Shown here: positions 1 through 8,859 of the stretch, in pieces
Numbering within the stretch: the stretch's first letter is position 1
How the letters are laid out: every line of letters starts with the position of its first letter
Assembly (NCBI GenBank): GCA_963713825.1
Contig: CAVQNG010000011.1
Span: forward strand, 1-64,000
Length of the DNA: 64,000 nt
Reading direction: 5' to 3'
Source of the DNA: an uncultured Acidobacteriota bacterium
Lineage (GTDB): Bacteria; Acidobacteriota; Thermoanaerobaculia; Multivoradales; JAHEKO01
The notes under the pieces: generated by a model
What the model saw: the letters and a program-made list of their open reading frames with translations, nothing else
What the model was told of the DNA's origin: nothing
Databases searched by the model: none
Translations under genes and position numbers: made by a program

Positions 1-75
1 GTGTCCCCAACGGGATTCGAACCCGTGTTGCCAGCTTGAAAGGCTGGAGTCCTGACCTGGCTAGACGATGGGGAC
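1..75 (-). tRNA. tRNA-Glu(TTC), 3' CCA cut by window edge
   Basis: Reverse complement GTCCCCATCGTCTAGCCAGGTCAGGACTCCAGCCTTTCAAGCTGGCAACACGGGTTCGAATCCCGTTGGGGACAC; anticodon stem CCAGC/GCTGG around CT-TTC-AA; T-loop GGTTCGAATCC. Confidence 0.95.
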
Positions 76-166
76 AGAGTGGCTTGCGCCGTTTCTCGGC
101 TCGGCTCGAAGGGCTTTCGACTACCAGACCCGACGTTCGAGCAGGCGGTACTCTAGCACAACCGGA

Positions 167-1357
167 TCACTCGCAACCGCTGACCTGGACCGGGGACAAG
201 CCCTGAAAGGCCTTGCCATCCCTTGTTCGCCCGACTAGGAGAGCTTCGCTATCCCCACATCCGAATCGCGGTTTGTCGGGGCGAAAGAAGAGCACGAGAT
301 CGGTGTCGCCATCCTCGTCGACATCTTCACGGGAAGACATGGACCGCACCACGATGCCGGCACTGCCAGGCCCGAAACGCACTGAGAGCGGGGCGACCTG
401 TGACGCATCGAAGTCCACGCTCTCGCCCTTCGACACCTGGGTCGTAAGAATGGCGACCGGCAAGAGATCTCTGGAGCCGAGAACCACGACTCCAGGATCT
501 CCTTTGGGGTCGATCCGAATCTCGACTTCGAAATCGGGTTCTCGCACACTCTCGTATTTGAGAGGACGAAAATCAGGAAAATCCTCCGGATGGCGGGTCG
601 CCAAGACGATGAGGAACGTCTTCTTGTGCCGGTACGGGAACACGACATCGCCTCGATCGTTGATGTCCAGCCGAAAGCCGACCAGTCCCCCGAACTCAGT
701 GATCTGCCCTTCTTCCAGAGAATGCAGCTCACCGGACTGGACCCATACGACCTCTCCATTGTTGTTCACGCTCGGTGAACCGAGGAGAGCCTCTGGTTCA
801 TCCGTCAGCTGTTGCCTTGTCGAAGAGAAGATCTGGAAATGGCCGTCCTCATCGAGGCCGCGGTACACGATTTCGCCCAGGGAGTTGAGGTCACAGGTCG
901 TTCCAGCGGTGTCTCCCAAATCGAGGATCAAGCCTCGTCGATCCGTGTGCAGCTCCACCCTGCTGGGGTCACTCCTCACAAAGCAGACTTCTCCTGAATC
1001 ACTGATGGCCGGGGTGTTGGCCGGAGATCGCCCCGTGATCAAGTCCCTGACGTTGGACCAGACCTGGAACTCGAGGGCGGGCGGAACCCGATCCGCATAG
1101 ACCACCTCTCCATCGGCGTTGATCTCCGGAAAACGCAGGTGACCTGTAGTCGATCGGGTCAGCTGCCCGCGCCGCGTCGAAAAGACATTCGGATAACCGG
1201 ATTCATCCTGAGACAGATAAACGATCTCACCGGAGTTGTTGATGGAGGGCTCCCAACTCGGCCCATCGGAGACAACGAGAAATGCGTAGGGGGCGAGGCT
1301 CTCTTGGACAGGTGCTTGTGCGGACAGCAGAAGGAACACCGCGAAAGCCAGCTCCAT
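167..1357 (-). CDS. Secreted repeat (beta-propeller-like) protein with conserved C-terminal domain
   Basis: Signal peptide; six repeats PSINNSGEIVY/PEINADGEVVY/PAISDSGEVCF/CDLNSLGEIVY/PSVNNNGEVVW/LDINDRGDVVF; C-terminal PVAILTT..FDA..VRFGP..EDVDEDGDTDLVLFF domain seen in secreted proteins. Confidence 0.75.
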   Translation of the reverse strand: MELAFAVFLLLSAQAPVQESLAPYAFLVVSDGPSWEPSINNSGEIVYLSQDESGYPNVFSTRRGQLTRSTTGHLRFPEINADGEVVYADRVPPALEFQVWSNVRDLITGRSPANTPAISDSGEVCFVRSDPSRVELHTDRRGLILDLGDTAGTTCDLNSLGEIVYRGLDEDGHFQIFSSTRQQLTDEPEALLGSPSVNNNGEVVWVQSGELHSLEEGQITEFGGLVGFRLDINDRGDVVFPYRHKKTFLIVLATRHPEDFPDFRPLKYESVREPDFEVEIRIDPKGDPGVVVLGSRDLLPVAILTTQVSKGESVDFDASQVAPLSVRFGPGSAGIVVRSMSSREDVDEDGDTDLVLFFRPDKPRFGCGDSEALLVGRTRDGKAFQGLSPVQVSGCE

Positions 1358-1372
1358 AGGCTCGATCTCACC

Positions 1373-2188
1373 TCATGTCTGGCGCAGGTTGCGCAGGACG
1401 AATCGAGCCAGCTTCGAGAATTCGAGTCCGGACTGACTCTTCGGCTTGACCACCCGCCCTTCCGAGCCGGCCGCGGCCACCTCGACGCGCTGGCCAATAC
1501 TAGGCGCTACAGGAAGGGACAACTCCTCGAGCTGCCGCGGTAGATCCTTGGCCAGCCGGGTTCGTGAAATCAACCGACTCGGCACCAACGCCACTAGCGG
1601 AGTGCTCCGTTTGCCGCCCTCGCGAATCTCCACCGACTCCTGAACGACGTCCACTGTAGCCATCACGTCGAGAGCCGAGGGGCCGGTCGGGATGAGCACG
1701 AGGTCCGCCACCTGCACGGCAAGGGTCATCACCTTCGAACTGGCGGGCGGAGTATCGAGGATCAGGAGATCGGCCTCGCCCGATGCTTCGTCGATACTCT
1801 TCTTCAGCTCCTTCCCATCTCGCCTGCTGTCGACTCGCTTGACAGTGAAGGACAGATCTCCTCCCCTGTCCTGCCATTTCGCGGCATCAGCGCCTCTGTC
1901 GAGATCGAGGATCACAACTCGTCGGCGCTTCGTACTGAGCGCCGCCGCGAGATTCATCGCGATGCTGGTCTTGCCCGTACCTCCCTTGCGCGATACCACC
2001 GCCAAGATCTTCGGCGCTTCCTTCTTCGCAGATCGCCCCCGCTTGCCTGATTTGGGAGGTTTCTTGCGCGGGCTCGGCTCCTCCTCGCTCAGGAAGAAGA
2101 GCGCATCGACGTCGTCCAGCTCGTCGAGATGAGGAGAGTCGTACTTTTCGTTGCTCTTCTTGCTTGCCTTGCTCATGATGGTTCCCAC
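1373..2188 (-). CDS. ParA/MinD family ATPase (orphan)
   Basis: Deviant Walker A RKGGTGKT, ILDLD, LILDTPP, ADLVLIP motifs; true start may be 2176. Confidence 0.88.
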   Translation of the reverse strand: MGTIMSKASKKSNEKYDSPHLDELDDVDALFFLSEEEPSPRKKPPKSGKRGRSAKKEAPKILAVVSRKGGTGKTSIAMNLAAALSTKRRRVVILDLDRGADAAKWQDRGGDLSFTVKRVDSRRDGKELKKSIDEASGEADLLILDTPPASSKVMTLAVQVADLVLIPTGPSALDVMATVDVVQESVEIREGGKRSTPLVALVPSRLISRTRLAKDLPRQLEELSLPVAPSIGQRVEVAAAGSEGRVVKPKSQSGLEFSKLARFVLRNLRQT

Positions 2189-2259
2189 ACTCGACGCCCA
2201 TTCTAAGGCCTAGTCCCGTAATCTATACTCAAGAGTCCATTGCGAGATCAAGAGTCCGT

Positions 2260-3249
2260 ATGAGACCCACCGTACTCGTCACCGGTGCCACTGGATTCCT
2301 TGGTGGCCATCTAGTCGGCAGGCTGGTCGAGAACGGCGAGTGTACTGTGCGAGCCCTGGTCAGGGAGAGCTCTGATTCCGCACTCCTCGAGGAGCTCGGG
2401 GTGGACCTCGCGGTCGGTGACCTCAAAGATAGAACCTCACTCCAGTCGGCGGTCTCGGGTGCGTCGATCGTGTATCACATCGCCGCGAGCTTCCGCACAG
2501 AGCACATGTCCCACAACGACATGAGGAGAACCAACGTCCACGGGACTCGCGATCTGCTGGAGGTCTCTCGAGAGGCTGGCGTCGAGCGTTTTGTCCACTG
2601 CAGCTCCGTCGGCGTCCACGGAGCCATCGACAACCCTCCCGGCAATGAGGAGTCCGCGTTCGAGCCCGGCGACAGATATCAGCAAACGAAGGCAGAGGCT
2701 GAAACGCTCGCCAGAGATTTCGGCAATGAGCATGGGCTGCCGGTCGTGGTGTTTCGACCCGCTGGCATCTACGGCCCGGGAGATCTGCGGTTTCTCAAAC
2801 TCTTCAAGTCGATCAAGTCAGGTGTGTTCCGGATGATCGGGTCGGGGGAGGTGCTGTACCAGATGGTCCATGTCGAGGATCTGGTCGACGGCATCCTGCT
2901 GTGCGGAGCTTCGGAAGAGGCGGCCGGGGAAGCATTCATCCTCACCGGTGATCGACCCTACACCCTCAACAAGATCACCCAGGCCATCGCGCAGACTCTG
3001 GGAGTCGAGCTCTCGTCGTTCCGAATTCCTGCCGCCCCAGTCTACGCAGCCGGGGCACTCTGCGAGCTTGCCTGCCGACCCTTTGGCATCAACCCACCCC
3101 TCTACCGACGGCGCGTCGACTTCTTCCGCAAGACCAGAGCTTTCAGTATCGAGAAGGCCCGGACCGCGCTGGGATTCGATCCCAAAATAGAACTTGAGGA
3201 AGGCCTCCGAGGAACAGCCACTTGGTACAAGGAGCAGGGGCTACTCTAG
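2260..3249 (+). CDS. NAD-dependent epimerase/dehydratase (extended SDR)
   Basis: VLVTGATGFLG Rossmann motif, HCSSVGV, YQQTK (YxxxK), RPAGIYGPGD. Confidence 0.92.
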   Translation: MRPTVLVTGATGFLGGHLVGRLVENGECTVRALVRESSDSALLEELGVDLAVGDLKDRTSLQSAVSGASIVYHIAASFRTEHMSHNDMRRTNVHGTRDLLEVSREAGVERFVHCSSVGVHGAIDNPPGNEESAFEPGDRYQQTKAEAETLARDFGNEHGLPVVVFRPAGIYGPGDLRFLKLFKSIKSGVFRMIGSGEVLYQMVHVEDLVDGILLCGASEEAAGEAFILTGDRPYTLNKITQAIAQTLGVELSSFRIPAAPVYAAGALCELACRPFGINPPLYRRRVDFFRKTRAFSIEKARTALGFDPKIELEEGLRGTATWYKEQGLL

Positions 3250-3357
3250 ATCTTCGGTGTAGCTGGTGGCCCCGCCGAAGCCTCGAGCAGCAACTGCCCC
3301 AACCAGAGGGCTGTCTCGGGAAGTGAACGAATGGGTACGTAGGGGAAAGTGGCAAGC

Positions 3358-3404
3358 TGGTGGGCCGTGTAGGAATCGAACCTACGACCTTCGGATTAAA
3401 AGTC
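3358..3404 (-). repeat. att core: 47-bp copy of tRNA-Lys 3' part (distal island end)
   Basis: TGGTGGGCCGTGTAGGAATCGAACCTACGACCTTCGGATTAAAAGTC identical to 15117-15163 and 9651-9697. Confidence 0.95.
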
Positions 3405-3511
3405 GGGATTGGGCCTATCGGCGGCAACCGGTGGCAACTCTGAACTTCAGTCAACTAAAGGCTTCTCTCCTCCACTCTTCGTTGTGGCGTGTTGCCGAGA
3501 GTCCTCGAAAG

Positions 3512-3541
3512 TTGCACCCCGTTGCACCCAAATTTGCACCC
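3512..3541. repeat. Putative integrase arm-type binding sites (TTGCACCC x3)
   Basis: gttgcacccc gttgcaccca aatttgcaccc about 110 bp inside the att core; TTGCCCCC near the other end (9551). Confidence 0.55.
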
Positions 3542-4007
3542 ACTCGCCTATTCTAACCCTGATCGGGTCTGATCTAGACCTGGCAAATCAGCCCCCTTGC
3601 TGCACCCCTAGCGAGCGAAAAAGACGCCCTCAGCGGACGATCAGACCCCTCCACAAGGGTCGAATCTCGACCTTTCTGGCTCCCTCGGATCTAGGTCCCT
3701 CAATTCAACTGTAACGCTTGCTCCCCTTCGAGAGACTCAATCTCAGAGGGCTATCTAGGGCTTCTACGAGAAGGAGCCTGAAGACAGGTACTCAGGAATG
3801 GGCAATCGGTTTTCTTCCCGTGGGATGGTCAGGAGTCGCACGGAAACACCCAAAGTACCCCCTTCTAGGGCCTACTCTCAGGTGACACGGGAACCGAGGC
3901 TCGAGCCTGTAGATCTCGAGGCTCTGAGGCTAGTGCTCGAGCTGCTGCTGGAGCTGTGGGCAGAGAGCCAGCGCAGGTAGCGAGGCGAGCCGGAGAGGTG
4001 AGGGGGA

Positions 4008-4070
4008 CCGAGGGGCACTCCCCCCGCCGTGGGACCCTAGAGGGCTAGCAGCCAGGTTCAGGACATATCT
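4008..4070. repeat. Scaffold motif 1, copy a
   Basis: CCG-AGGGGCACTCCCCCCGCC..GGGACCCTAG-GGGCT..CAGGTTCAGGACATATCT aligns with 6731-6800. Confidence 0.8.
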
Positions 4071-4128
4071 GGCGCGTGGTCGCTCTGTGCGTCGAATCTG
4101 ACCGCAACGAATCAGGTATTCTCAGCTA

Positions 4129-4611
4129 GTGACAGACTCCGGGATCGAGAGCCAGATAGACCGATTCGACTCAGCTGTTAAGAGACTCGAAGACAGCCTG
4201 GTTGCCTTGCAGCAGGAGTCATTCTTGGCGAGGCTGAATGGGTGGTCTCCCAGGGACATCTTGGCCCACCTGATCGGATGGAATCATCACGTAATCGAAG
4301 GTGGCAGACAGATCCAGCTGGGAGAGTTGCCTTTCTACGATATCGACCCGGGCGAGAACTACAGCAAGGTCAACGAAGCCATCGTTCAGAAGATCAGCGC
4401 AACTGACCGACAGGTTCTCATCAAAGAACTCCACTCTTCTGCGAACGACCTCAAAGAGTACCTAAGGTCCCTCGAGCCCGCGGCATGGGCCAAGGACATC
4501 GGTGTGCGACATGGCGGATCGACAGTGACTATTCGAGACACCGTCGACGAGTTGATCGAGGACTACGATCACCATCGCATACAGGTCGAGGATTGGGCAA
4601 TGACGAAGTGA
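4129..4611 (+). CDS. DinB-like / ClbS-DfsB family four-helix-bundle protein
   Basis: GWSPRDILAHLIGW and EDYDHHR motifs typical of the DinB superfamily. Confidence 0.8.
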   Translation: MTDSGIESQIDRFDSAVKRLEDSLVALQQESFLARLNGWSPRDILAHLIGWNHHVIEGGRQIQLGELPFYDIDPGENYSKVNEAIVQKISATDRQVLIKELHSSANDLKEYLRSLEPAAWAKDIGVRHGGSTVTIRDTVDELIEDYDHHRIQVEDWAMTK

Positions 4612-4658
4612 GTCAGCAAGCCGGCCCCCAACGATCCGCTCGATGCCAGCCACACCGC

Positions 4659-4851
4659 TCTAGGTCATCCATTTCCAGTCACACTCAGTACCCAAGGCCC
4701 GATCTCATCTAGCCAAGGGTCTAGCCCTCACAGCCCAAATTCTCCCCTCAGTACGGCCTGAGACAGGTTGGGACAGGGTGTGGTGCCGTACCTTGAACTC
4801 ATAGCCAACTGGCTATCGACCCACCCGTTGGGGTGTGTCATTCCTCGGTCG
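4659..4851. repeat. Scaffold motif 2, copy a
   Basis: Starts TCTAGGTCATC; core 4744-4781 matches 7355-7392 at 35/38; tail GCCAA..GCTATCGA similar to 7486-7538. Confidence 0.8.
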
Positions 4852-4971
4852 ATCCTGTTATGCCCTTTACTGCCTTGTCTAAGGCAATCCTGTAGAAGGG
4901 CATGGAAGCAAGACAGGCAGGCTGCCTGAGTAAAGAGACGGTCGGTACTTTTGATCACGGAGGACTCTCCA

Positions 4972-6663
4972 TTGAAACACAAGAACTTTCTTACTGTCAT
5001 GCTGTTTCTGGTTCCGCTCTCGGGCCAGGCAGGTTCCTTCGACATCGGCACTTTTCCCGCAGACTTGGCGAGTCCAGGCTTGAACCTGGTGGTCGACAGT
5101 ACGCTCGACTTGGGGGACGCCAACCCTGGCGACGGCATTTGCGCTACGGCCACAGCGACCTGCACCTTGCGAGCTGCAATCGAAGAGACGAATGTTTATG
5201 AAGAAGGTCTCGACTCGATCATTCTGCCAGCAGGCACCTACGTGATCGCATCGAGCTTGAGCGTGGAGGATGACTTGGGTGTGTTCGGTGAGGACAGAGA
5301 CACCACCATTATCGATGCCACTGCGGCGGACTCTGCCTTCAGTTCGCCAGGCGCGAACGTGACTATCGATTCGGTTACGATCCAAGGAAGCGCTTTGGCC
5401 GGGATCGATATAAGAGGCGGGGTCTTCACCGTAGCCTCTTCCAGAGTCCGAGGCAGCTCGGGAAATGGAATCAGATGTCAGGGAGGCGGAACGGCAAGGA
5501 TCCTTAACAGCGAAGTGTTGGAGAACAGTCTTGAGGGAGTTAGGTTGTTGGGCTGCTCCTCTCAGATCATCGGCAGCTCGATCTCTCACAACCAGGGCCG
5601 CGGTATCGCAATCTTTGAGACCTTCCAAGCGTCAGCTACTCTTGAGAATAGCTATGTCGCGGAGAATCTCGGGGGCGGCCTGCTCGCGAGCGGGATGGTG
5701 GGGTTCGAGTTGCGATCCACTACCGTGACCAACAACACGGCTGCGAATGGTGCTGGGTTTGCCTCCATTGGCTCTGCGTATCTGATCTCTGTCAACAGCA
5801 CGTTCAGCGGGAATCGGGCGACCGGCCATGGTGGAGGAATCTACATCTGGAATTACGAGTCTGGTGGCCAGGGTTGGGTCACTAATACAACAATCGCCGA
5901 GAATGTTGCCGATAGTGACGCCGATGGAGTCGGAGATGGAGGCGGGATCTTCTTGGAGGATGACCCCTTGGATAACTACTTCTCCATTAATGGGACACTC
6001 CTGGCCAAGAACGAAGATCTGTCCGGCGAAGCTCCCGATTGTGGTGGTCCGGGTGCCCTATTTTCGGAGGGATTTAATCTCATCGGGGACACCACTGGGT
6101 GCTCGATCGTCGGGGACACTTCGACCAACATCACAGACGTGGACCCCAAACTCGGCCCTCTGGCCGATAACGGTGGATTGACACCCACGCATAGGCCTCT
6201 GGTTCAAAGCCCTGCCATCAACGTAATCCCTTCAGATGACTGCACGGTGGAAGTCGACCAAAGAGGAGTTCTTCGTCCCCAAGGGCCGGGATGCGATATC
6301 GGCTCAGTGGAGGTGGGTCTCTCGTGCATCGGCTTCAAACCACCGCTGAACAAAAAGCAGGTGCTTCTCAGAGGTCCGTACCGCAGGCTCCCTGTGAAGG
6401 CTAGGATCGTAGACGCCGATGGAACGATTCAAACTGGCCAGGATCTCCTGACCGCGCCAGTCGTGCGAATTGTGAAGCTCCCAGCCTCAGATCCAGGCTA
6501 TGAGTTGGGCAGCTTCCGAATCAAGAAGAATGAAGTCTGGCGAGCAGTAGTATCGGCCCAGGATTTCCCAGAGAAAGGCAGGTATCTTCTTTTCATGGAT
6601 ACAGGAGACAGTTCCGAGTATCTACTCGACCAAACCTGCAGTGTGATCGTGAATCGACGCTAG
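4972..6663 (+). CDS. CSLREA-domain secreted beta-helix protein with choice-of-anchor Q and PxKF-like C-terminal domain
   Basis: GGAGG RBS 4959-4963 before TTG; VDSTLDLGDANPGDGICAT..CTLRAAIEETN; beta-helix repeats; DPKLGPLADNGGLTPTH..DQRG..CDIGSVE; GFKPPL..LPVKA tail. Confidence 0.85.
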   Translation: MKHKNFLTVMLFLVPLSGQAGSFDIGTFPADLASPGLNLVVDSTLDLGDANPGDGICATATATCTLRAAIEETNVYEEGLDSIILPAGTYVIASSLSVEDDLGVFGEDRDTTIIDATAADSAFSSPGANVTIDSVTIQGSALAGIDIRGGVFTVASSRVRGSSGNGIRCQGGGTARILNSEVLENSLEGVRLLGCSSQIIGSSISHNQGRGIAIFETFQASATLENSYVAENLGGGLLASGMVGFELRSTTVTNNTAANGAGFASIGSAYLISVNSTFSGNRATGHGGGIYIWNYESGGQGWVTNTTIAENVADSDADGVGDGGGIFLEDDPLDNYFSINGTLLAKNEDLSGEAPDCGGPGALFSEGFNLIGDTTGCSIVGDTSTNITDVDPKLGPLADNGGLTPTHRPLVQSPAINVIPSDDCTVEVDQRGVLRPQGPGCDIGSVEVGLSCIGFKPPLNKKQVLLRGPYRRLPVKARIVDADGTIQTGQDLLTAPVVRIVKLPASDPGYELGSFRIKKNEVWRAVVSAQDFPEKGRYLLFMDTGDSSEYLLDQTCSVIVNRR

Positions 6664-6692
6664 AAAACTCTCTCTTCCTACCAAGACCTCAA

Positions 6693-6720
6693 GCCGGGCC
6701 TCGCGCCCGGCCTTTTCTTC
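6693..6720 (+). terminator. Intrinsic terminator, scaffold copy 1
   Basis: GCCGGGC-CTCGC-GCCCGGC hairpin + CTTTTCTT; identical 20-mer at 8413 and 9482. Confidence 0.85.
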
Positions 6721-6730
6721 GCCTGGCCAG

Positions 6731-6800
6731 CTAGCCCCCGGGGGGCAGCCCCCCCGCCAGGGACCCTAGGGGGCTGAGTAATCAGGTTCACGACATATCT
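6731..6800. repeat. Scaffold motif 1, copy b
   Basis: CTAGCCCCCGGGGGGCAGCCCCCCCGCCAGGGACCCTAGGGGGCTGAGTAATCAGGTTCACGACATATCT. Confidence 0.8.
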
Positions 6801-6817
6801 CGCTCGCCTGCGCGCTC

Positions 6818-7210
6818 CTACAAGGGCTCATCTCTATTGATGATCTCAAGTATCTCAGCTAGCGAACCGCATAGGGTGAAGACCTGATCCATCTGCGTGA
6901 GTCTCATCGTCTGTAATACCGCGGATGAACGAACTAGCAGGAGCATCTGACCGCCAGATGCCTTCATTGCAAGGTGAAGGGCAAAGAGTCGGGCAATTCC
7001 TGCGGAGTCAATCATGTCCAGTTGGAGGACAAACACGGTACGTCCGTCCTCAAGCTCTGACCGGATGACCTCCTCTAGGGATGGTCTGCCGCAGCCGAGG
7101 GTAACCGTGTAGAGTGCCTCGACTGCTCCTTCAGCAGTGAGTTCGGAAACCTCCAGTTTCGCGGAACCAACTCGGACATCTGAGAACTTGAGAACGATCG
7201 GTCGAGTCAC
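6818..7210 (-). CDS. STAS-domain (anti-sigma factor antagonist-like) protein
   Basis: LDMIDSAGIARLF..GGQMLL..VLQTMRLTQMDQVF STAS signature; start uncertain (the ORF extends to 7306 but runs into the scaffold repeat). Confidence 0.65.
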   Translation of the reverse strand: MTRPIVLKFSDVRVGSAKLEVSELTAEGAVEALYTVTLGCGRPSLEEVIRSELEDGRTVFVLQLDMIDSAGIARLFALHLAMKASGGQMLLLVRSSAVLQTMRLTQMDQVFTLCGSLAEILEIINRDEPL

Positions 7211-7241
7211 GGTTCGCCCCCAGCAGATTCCTCCCTGACAA

Positions 7242-7538
7242 TCTAGGTCATCTCCTAGGAGGGTAGCACTCTCACCCTCTCCCCTCACTGTTCCAGCCAG
7301 TACCAAGACCCTATCTCTCCCTGGCTAGGGTCTAGCCAATCCAGCCCGAGCTAGCCCCTCAGTACAGCCTGAGACAGGCTGGGGCAGGGTGTAGGCGGGA
7401 TGAACCTCGATCCCCTGATGGTGGAGTCGGATCGGTCGTACCGTTCTCCTGGAAGCAACAGCTCTTGCCTCCCAGGTGAGTAGGTCGCCAATCAGCCTAT
7501 CGAGGCTCACTCGACAGGAGGTTATCTCCTCAGGCCGC
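7242..7538. repeat. Scaffold motif 2, copy b
   Basis: TCTAGGTCATC..CAGTACCAAGACCC..AGGGTCTAGCC..CCCCTCAGTACAGCCTGAGACAGGCTGGGGCAGGGTGT. Confidence 0.8.
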
Positions 7539-7557
7539 GTAGGTATGATGGCTGCAG

Positions 7558-8385
7558 ATGACGAGTTCAAGCCGATCCCTTCTTGTAGGACTGAGCCTGA
7601 CGCTCGCGTGCTGCTCTCCGGGGTTCGACGAAGGACTTCCGTCCTGGACAGAACCGACAACCGGTATGGTGTTCGTTAGGATCAAGCCTGGGTCCTTCGA
7701 CATGGGAGCGCCGGTCGATGAGCCGTATCGCGAAGCTCAAGAGGTGCTCCACCGAGTTACCCTCACTCAGTTTTTCTACTTAGGCCGCTTCGAGGTGACA
7801 CAGCGGCAGTGGGAGACGGTGATGGGTGAGAATCCAAGTCAATTTCAGAACTGCGGTTCGGATTGCCCCGTTGACAACGTGAACTTCTTCGAGGTCGCAC
7901 AGTTCGTGACAGCTCTCGAGAAACTCTCAGGTGAGAAGTTCCGCCTTCCGACGGAGGCGGAATGGGAATACGCGTGCCGGGCCGGAGGGGGGAGCGTCTT
8001 CGGGATCGGAGAGCGAATCTCGTCTGCGATGGCGAATTTTGACGGTAGCGATCCCTTCCCAGGAGCCGACTCGGGACCGAATCGCGCCCGTCCGACGCCC
8101 GTCGGCTCCTTCGCCGGGAATGCCTGGGGGCTCCACGACATGAACGGCAACGTTTGGGAGTGGACCCAGGACGACCACTGCCCGTACTCGGAGTATCCGG
8201 TGGTCGATCCCCTAGCCCGCTGCGGGACCGAACTCCGTGTCATTCGTGGCGGGAGCTGGCACTACGGCCCGGACAGTGCCCGCTGCGGCCTCCGCTACAC
8301 TCACCGACCAGTCGATGACGGGCCAAGCCTGGGTTTCCGGCTGGTTTGGGAACCGGCTAACCTTCCGGCTAGCAGCGAACCCTGA
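7558..8385 (+). CDS. Formylglycine-generating enzyme (SUMF1/FGE-sulfatase) family lipoprotein
   Basis: RLPTEAEWEYACRAG, NAWGLHDMNGNVWEW, RVIRGGSW, LGFRLV; lipobox-like TLAC. Confidence 0.92.
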   Translation: MTSSSRSLLVGLSLTLACCSPGFDEGLPSWTEPTTGMVFVRIKPGSFDMGAPVDEPYREAQEVLHRVTLTQFFYLGRFEVTQRQWETVMGENPSQFQNCGSDCPVDNVNFFEVAQFVTALEKLSGEKFRLPTEAEWEYACRAGGGSVFGIGERISSAMANFDGSDPFPGADSGPNRARPTPVGSFAGNAWGLHDMNGNVWEWTQDDHCPYSEYPVVDPLARCGTELRVIRGGSWHYGPDSARCGLRYTHRPVDDGPSLGFRLVWEPANLPASSEP

Positions 8386-8412
8386 CAAGGCACGCCTAGA
8401 CTTGAATACCGC

Positions 8413-8440
8413 GCCGGGCCTCGCGCCCGGCCCTTTCTTG
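8413..8440 (+). terminator. Intrinsic terminator, scaffold copy 2
   Basis: GCCGGGCCTCGCGCCCGGCC + CTTTCTT. Confidence 0.85.
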
Positions 8441-8446
8441 TCTAGT

Positions 8447-8603
8447 TAGCCCCCCCGGGGGTAGACCCCCATCCTCCAGGGACCCTGTGGGGCTGGAACA
8501 AGTACCGAGAAATAGGCACCTCACCCTCGCTCCGCAACGACTTCGGCAAGGCAGTTCTGACGTCTTGGACCACCCTAGCAAGGGCCTAGAACCTAGCCCG
8601 AAA
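8447..8603. repeat. Scaffold motif 1 copy c followed by degenerate motif 2 (empty slot)
   Basis: TAGCCCCCCCGGGGGTAGACCCCC..CCAGGGACCCTGTGGGGCTG; then TAGGCACCTCACCCTC (cf. 7264) and CTAGCAAGGGCCTAGAACCTAGCCCG (cf. 4709, 7321). Confidence 0.65.
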
Positions 8604-8731
8604 GATCTCTCGCTGAGGAGCTCAACAGCCCCTTTTTTGCCGGTCAGAAAAGCCTGCTTTAGGCGTTCTTCACTCAGCATCCTTCACCCGGTTTCTGGAC
8701 ATTCAGTTCGGGCAGGAGTAGCGTCTTAGAT

Positions 8732-8822
8732 ACCTCGACAAGGGTAATCCCGAGGGAAACCTCGGGGACACAAAGCTACGGGTCCTCGCCATCTAGACAA
8801 GACTGCCGGGCTGCCGAAGGGT
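8732..8822 (+). ncRNA. c-di-GMP-I (GEMM) riboswitch
   Basis: G-ACAA-GGGTAAT, P2 CCCGAGG-GAAA-CCTCGGG, GACACAAAGC junction (U22-A45 covariation vs Vc2 C-G), P3 ending GCCGGGCTGCCGAAG; G at the G20-equivalent position (8743). Confidence 0.88.
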
Positions 8823-8859
8823 GGATACCCCTACCAACCTTTTTTCAAGGAGGTATGCA

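Noticed and set aside
3798-3980. 60-aa ORF ending LEALRLVLELLLELWAE
   Set aside because: No recognisable family or clear RBS; could be a small element gene but is unsupported.
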